NCBI GenBank assembly: GCA_951406725.2
Contig: OX597816.1
Location: 163,494,001 to 163,558,000, forward strand
Length of the DNA stretch: 64,000 nt
Reading direction: 5' to 3'
Origin: Octopus vulgaris
Lineage: Eukaryota
Part shown: in pieces, positions 59,339-64,000 of the stretch
Position numbering within the stretch: position 1 is the first letter of the stretch
Layout: each line of letters begins with the position of its first letter
Program-made: the position numbers and the translations under genes
The notes under the pieces: generated by a model
The model's input: only the letters and a program-made list of their open reading frames with translations
The model's database searches: none
What the model was told of the DNA's origin: nothing

Positions 59339-59733
59339 TCTTTATATATAAAAGTGAAGTTGTGTGTCTGTATCCAACGATTTAGATTCCTAACTACTCC
59401 CACATTTTGCGGTGCAGTGTAACCAAAAGCGGATATCTTATAGTTGTGATTCATATCGAGCCCTTCTGGGTATTCGCGCACGTCTACGATGAGTCTACGA
59501 TTTAAAAAAAAATTTACCATAATTTTTTCCCATTTTTAATGCATTTTTTGCTATTATATAAGGGAAGTAACTCTCTAAATATGTATTATTAAATCTCAGA
59601 ACGTAAAAAGCTACAGTAACAACCCACTTTGTGGTTCAGCCATATTGAGATGGCTATTATACTTTACATCTCTAAAAATGCTTATATAGTTATTTCCCTT
59701 ACAAACCCGAGCAACGCCGGTCGATACTGCTAG
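59339..59733 (+). mobile_element. Non-autonomous Helitron
   Basis: A|TC start tctttatatataaaag; imperfect hairpin cccgagcaacgccgg; CTAG|T end. Confidence 0.82.
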
Positions 59734-60142
59734 TGTTATAATACAAGAAGATGGAATGAACATGCTTTAGTTCAAATTACTACAATTGTTTCTGTGTATT
59801 AATATCAGCTCATAATTGATGTGTGTTTCACATATCACACAGACTATTGCACTTAATATGATCGAACAATAGCTGTGTACCTGCATGTCTTTCGGTGAAT
59901 GGGTCCGAGAGTATTGCTGGACCACCGATAGTTTCCCCATTGCTTAACTTCAAAACCGTCACTTGTGACCGAGTATCTTCTACTATAATGATACTCCTGT
60001 GTTTTTCTCCGTCACAATATATGAATTAGAAAGGAAGAGGTGATAGATGAATAAGGAAGTAAGGGGTGATGGCAAACTGGTAGTGGGAGCGTTTCGACTC
60101 TGTGTGAGTATATGTGTGTGTATGTAAAAGGGAGGTATGTAA

Positions 60143-60196
<54 letters not shown>

Positions 60197-60437
60197 AATG
60201 GAAGTGAACATTCAACGCCGAAAAGAAAAATCAAACAGCGTTTCAACTTTGTGTGAGTAAATGTGTATGTGTGTGCGTGTACAAAGGAAGTATGTGAATG
60301 TTTGTATGAGTGAACCAGAGCTCTTTCAGTAACAAACGATGATCAATGTCACATCTCAAAAGACAACCACTAGATAACATTGACAAGTGTATTAATTTGA
60401 TTTACCATCCGTATTTATATATAAAGTACTACAATAG

Positions 60438-60862
60438 GCGTAGGAGAGGCTGTGTGGTCAGTAGCTTGCTTACCAACCACATGGTTCTCGGTTCAGTCCC
60501 ACTGCATGGTACCTTGTGCAAGTGTCTTCTACTATAGCCTTGGGCCGACCAAAGCCTTGTGAGTGGATTTGGTAGACGGAAATCGAAAGAAGCCCGTCGT
60601 ATATATATATATTTATGTACGTGTGTGTATATATTTGTGCGTTTGTGTTTGTCCCCCCCCCCCCCAACATCACTTGACAACCGATGCTGGTGTGTTTACG
60701 TCCCCGTAACTTAGCGGTTCGGCAAAAGAGACTGATAGAATAAGTACTAGGCTTACAAAGAATAAGTCCTGGGGTCGATTTGCTCGACTAAAGGCGGTGC
60801 TCCAGCATGGCCACAGTCAAATGACGGAAATAAATAAAAGAGTAAAAGAGAGTAAAGAGTAA
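60438..60862 (+). mobile_element. SINE family A, full length
   Basis: Collinear with 7764-8180. Confidence 0.93.
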
Positions 60863-62303
60863 AATGTAAATATTGAAACTAATCTAAATATCCATATTAG
60901 AAAAAAAACCAAATGTTATTTATTCCCTTCCTCCACCCCGATCTAGCACCCTTTTGAAATTTTCCGTTCTTTGTAAGCTCACAGTATCTCCATGAAGGCG
61001 CTACCCCAAAGGTTACGAACAACCGCTTTCAGTTATCCCCACCGTAGAAGCTGAACTCGACACTACAGACTAACGAGATAACGAACGTTTGTTTTACAGA
61101 GAGAGCACAGTTTCGAATGGTGTGTTTTGCTGTATTTATGCCGTGTAGCCCCTCTACAAGCTCGGTGGAATTGACTGCTCCATATGAGGTTTAAGTGTGT
61201 TGAATATATTCAGGGCACAGTAAGCGGCCTCAGAATACGATCCATCGATTGTGAGTCCAAATACATTATCGACTTGGCCATATGCAGCTCCGCTTCAGCT
61301 GTGCAAAAACCACAATAAAACAACATCAAGCAGATGTGCGAGTGAGCGAACGAGCAAGCAGGAGAGCGTGTGTGAATGAGTGTGAGTGTGTGTATGTGTG
61401 TTCTTTAAACTATAGATCGTTCCGGAGAGATACGTTTTAGCTTCCTCGATTTACGTAAGTCTAACGCCTGAACAAACAGAAGCCTCAGTTTTGTCAATAG
61501 AAATCTTATTTCAATTATTCTGTTTCGAATATTCGCAGATAAAAACCAACATGGTATTGATAAATTGATTTTATTTATGTGTTTCTATGGAGAAACCGAT
61601 TAAAAATTTTGGGTTTGTGATGCCTCGTATCAAGAACACGTGTTTTCTTTTGCTATCAAATATTATTTGAATTAAATGTTTCGTAAATGGAGCAAGCTTA
61701 ATCTTAATTTTATTATTCCTTGGGGAAAGCAAATGATGTTAGCTCACCTCTTTTCATCTCATCTAATAATGGAAATTCACATATATACAGGCACAGTCAT
61801 ACAAACACACTCTTAGATTCATATATATATGCTCTCACATACACGCACTAATTGAATTTTTAATAAAACCTTTATGTGGAGATTACATAGGGGTACACAC
61901 ACCCATATAAGTGCGTATACGAACTTGTGCGTGTGTATATGTATTAATGTCAGTGTGTATATGTGTTTAGGTGTATCTATATATAAGGGTGGGTGTAATA
62001 TATTCGGTTATTATGAACAATACACAAATAAAAACAAATAATTATTCAGAAAACAAAAGAATACACAGACAAATGAAGTTTTTTTAATAAATTATTTAAA
62101 TATATTTGTATAATTTATTACAAAACATGCACACATCATTGTGTATATATGTGTGTATGTGTATGCGCGCTCGTGTGTGTATGTTTGTAGATACACACAT
62201 GTGTGCATGTGTGTGCGTGTGCGCGGATTTCCCCGTTTGTGTGCGTGTAATATAATGCAAATATATATATCATATAAATGTATAACATACACACATACAT
62301 ACA

Positions 62304-62415
<112 letters not shown>

Positions 62416-62727
62416 CGTATATATATATCTATACATATAGACATTCATACATATATACCTATATGCATATATACACATTCAGCATGTATATATATATATA
62501 TCTTAAATGTGTTTACATATTGCTATACATCCATAAGCACAATCTGACACACGTGTGTGCGCAAAGACGCAAGAAACGGGGTTTTCCAAATAAACTGCGC
62601 ATGCTCCAGTGTATGTTCAAATGTTTAAAGTATTATCCCGCTCAAACAAACAGCTACGAAATCCCACACACACAGAAATGCAGAAATGTACGGTTTGTAG
62701 ATAAGATATATACACAAACACCCGTAT

Positions 62728-62766
<39 letters not shown>

Positions 62767-62936
62767 CACACAAATGAAAATAAAATTTTAAATTCGTTAG
62801 ATGTTTGCTTATTTTCACACATAACACACGCATATACAGGCGTATATAAATACGTCTGCATGATCACATCTACATATATATATATATATATATATATATA
62901 CATGCATACATCTATATATATATAAATATGTGTGTG

Positions 62937-62982
<46 letters not shown>

Positions 62983-63188
62983 CATTATGTACTCATAATG
63001 GCTGCTCTATGCTGGAGCGCTTGTGCACATACAAGCGAGAATTTTAATCTAAATAAACATGTATTCATTAATATATACTCGCACACGTTCGTACATGTGT
63101 GTATGTGTGCGTGTGTCTGTGTGTTGATGCGTGTTGGCATATATAAAATACAAGCATGTTCATAGTGACATACAATCAACACACACAC

Positions 63189-63248
<60 letters not shown>

Positions 63249-63387
63249 CGTGTTTAAATAGAATCTCATTAAACGCCAGAGCAGCTTCGAAGGACCATCA
63301 CAACGTCCTGATTTCGTAGAGCTAAGCGAATGTGGTGTAATATTCCTCTGGGATAGTTCAACAGTCTATCGTATTCTATGATATGTT

Positions 63388-63650
63388 GAAAAAGTCCTTT
63401 ACATTTCGAGCCTACGCTCTTCAGCAGAAAGAAATACGAGAGAATAAACAGAGAGAGATTGAGAAAAAAACTTATAGATTTCAGCAGTCGAAGGTCGTCT
63501 TTCAGTTTTCGTCTACCAAATCCACCTGCAATCCTTTTGTCGGCGCTCGAGGCTATATAGTAGAAGTGACTTGCTCAAGGTACCACGCAATAGGACTGAA
63601 CACAGAACCATGTGGTTGGAAGCAAGCCTCTTACTACACGGCCACCGCTA
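63388..63650 (-). mobile_element. Penelope-like fragment (63388-63470) and degraded A SINE head (63497-63650)
   Basis: First part matches 22598-22665; second has ctttcagttttcgtctaccaaatccac. Confidence 0.65.
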
Positions 63651-64000
63651 TTTAATTTGATCTCATGGATTTCTTTGCAAGCTAATCTATTGATTCGATT
63701 AACCATTTCTCTTTATTTTGTTACATAACCAAATCTTCCTTTTGTCAATTATTATTATTATTACTATTATCATCAAAACTATCATCTGCTTCTTCTTCTT
63801 TTTCTTCTTCATTTTCGTTTCGTTTTCTTCTTCATCTTCATCATTCCTCCTTTTCTTCTTCTTCTTCACCTATTTCTTCTCCATCTTTCTCTCTTTCTTT
63901 TTCTTCATCTTCATTTACTTTACTTTTCTTCTTTTCTCTTCATTTTCTTGTTCGTGTTTTCTTATTTTCCTTCTTCTTTTTCAACATCATCACCTTCTTA

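Overview
Gene-poor, very AT- and microsatellite-rich animal DNA, intronic or intergenic. The SINE and LINE repertoire strongly suggests a coleoid cephalopod, probably Octopus (inference). I found no intact host CDS; almost all listed ORFs are translated microsatellites or SINE read-through. The window is a mosaic of at least four tRNA-headed SINE families (called A-D here, plus a single copy of a fifth, E), decayed LINEs (Dong/R4-type RLE, CR1-like, L1/Tx1-like), Penelope-like remnants, two mariner remnants, non-autonomous Helitrons, and hAT-like and foldback elements. The most notable observations are: (i) several minimal hammerhead-ribozyme motifs in Penelope-like remnants, and a degenerate one in the tail of a tRNA-headed SINE; (ii) retroelement families that appear to partition among microsatellite types, including a Tx1-like LINE bounded by (GATA)n; (iii) two SINE/LINE 3'-tail partnerships visible inside the window. 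Repeat boundaries were read by eye and are approximate.
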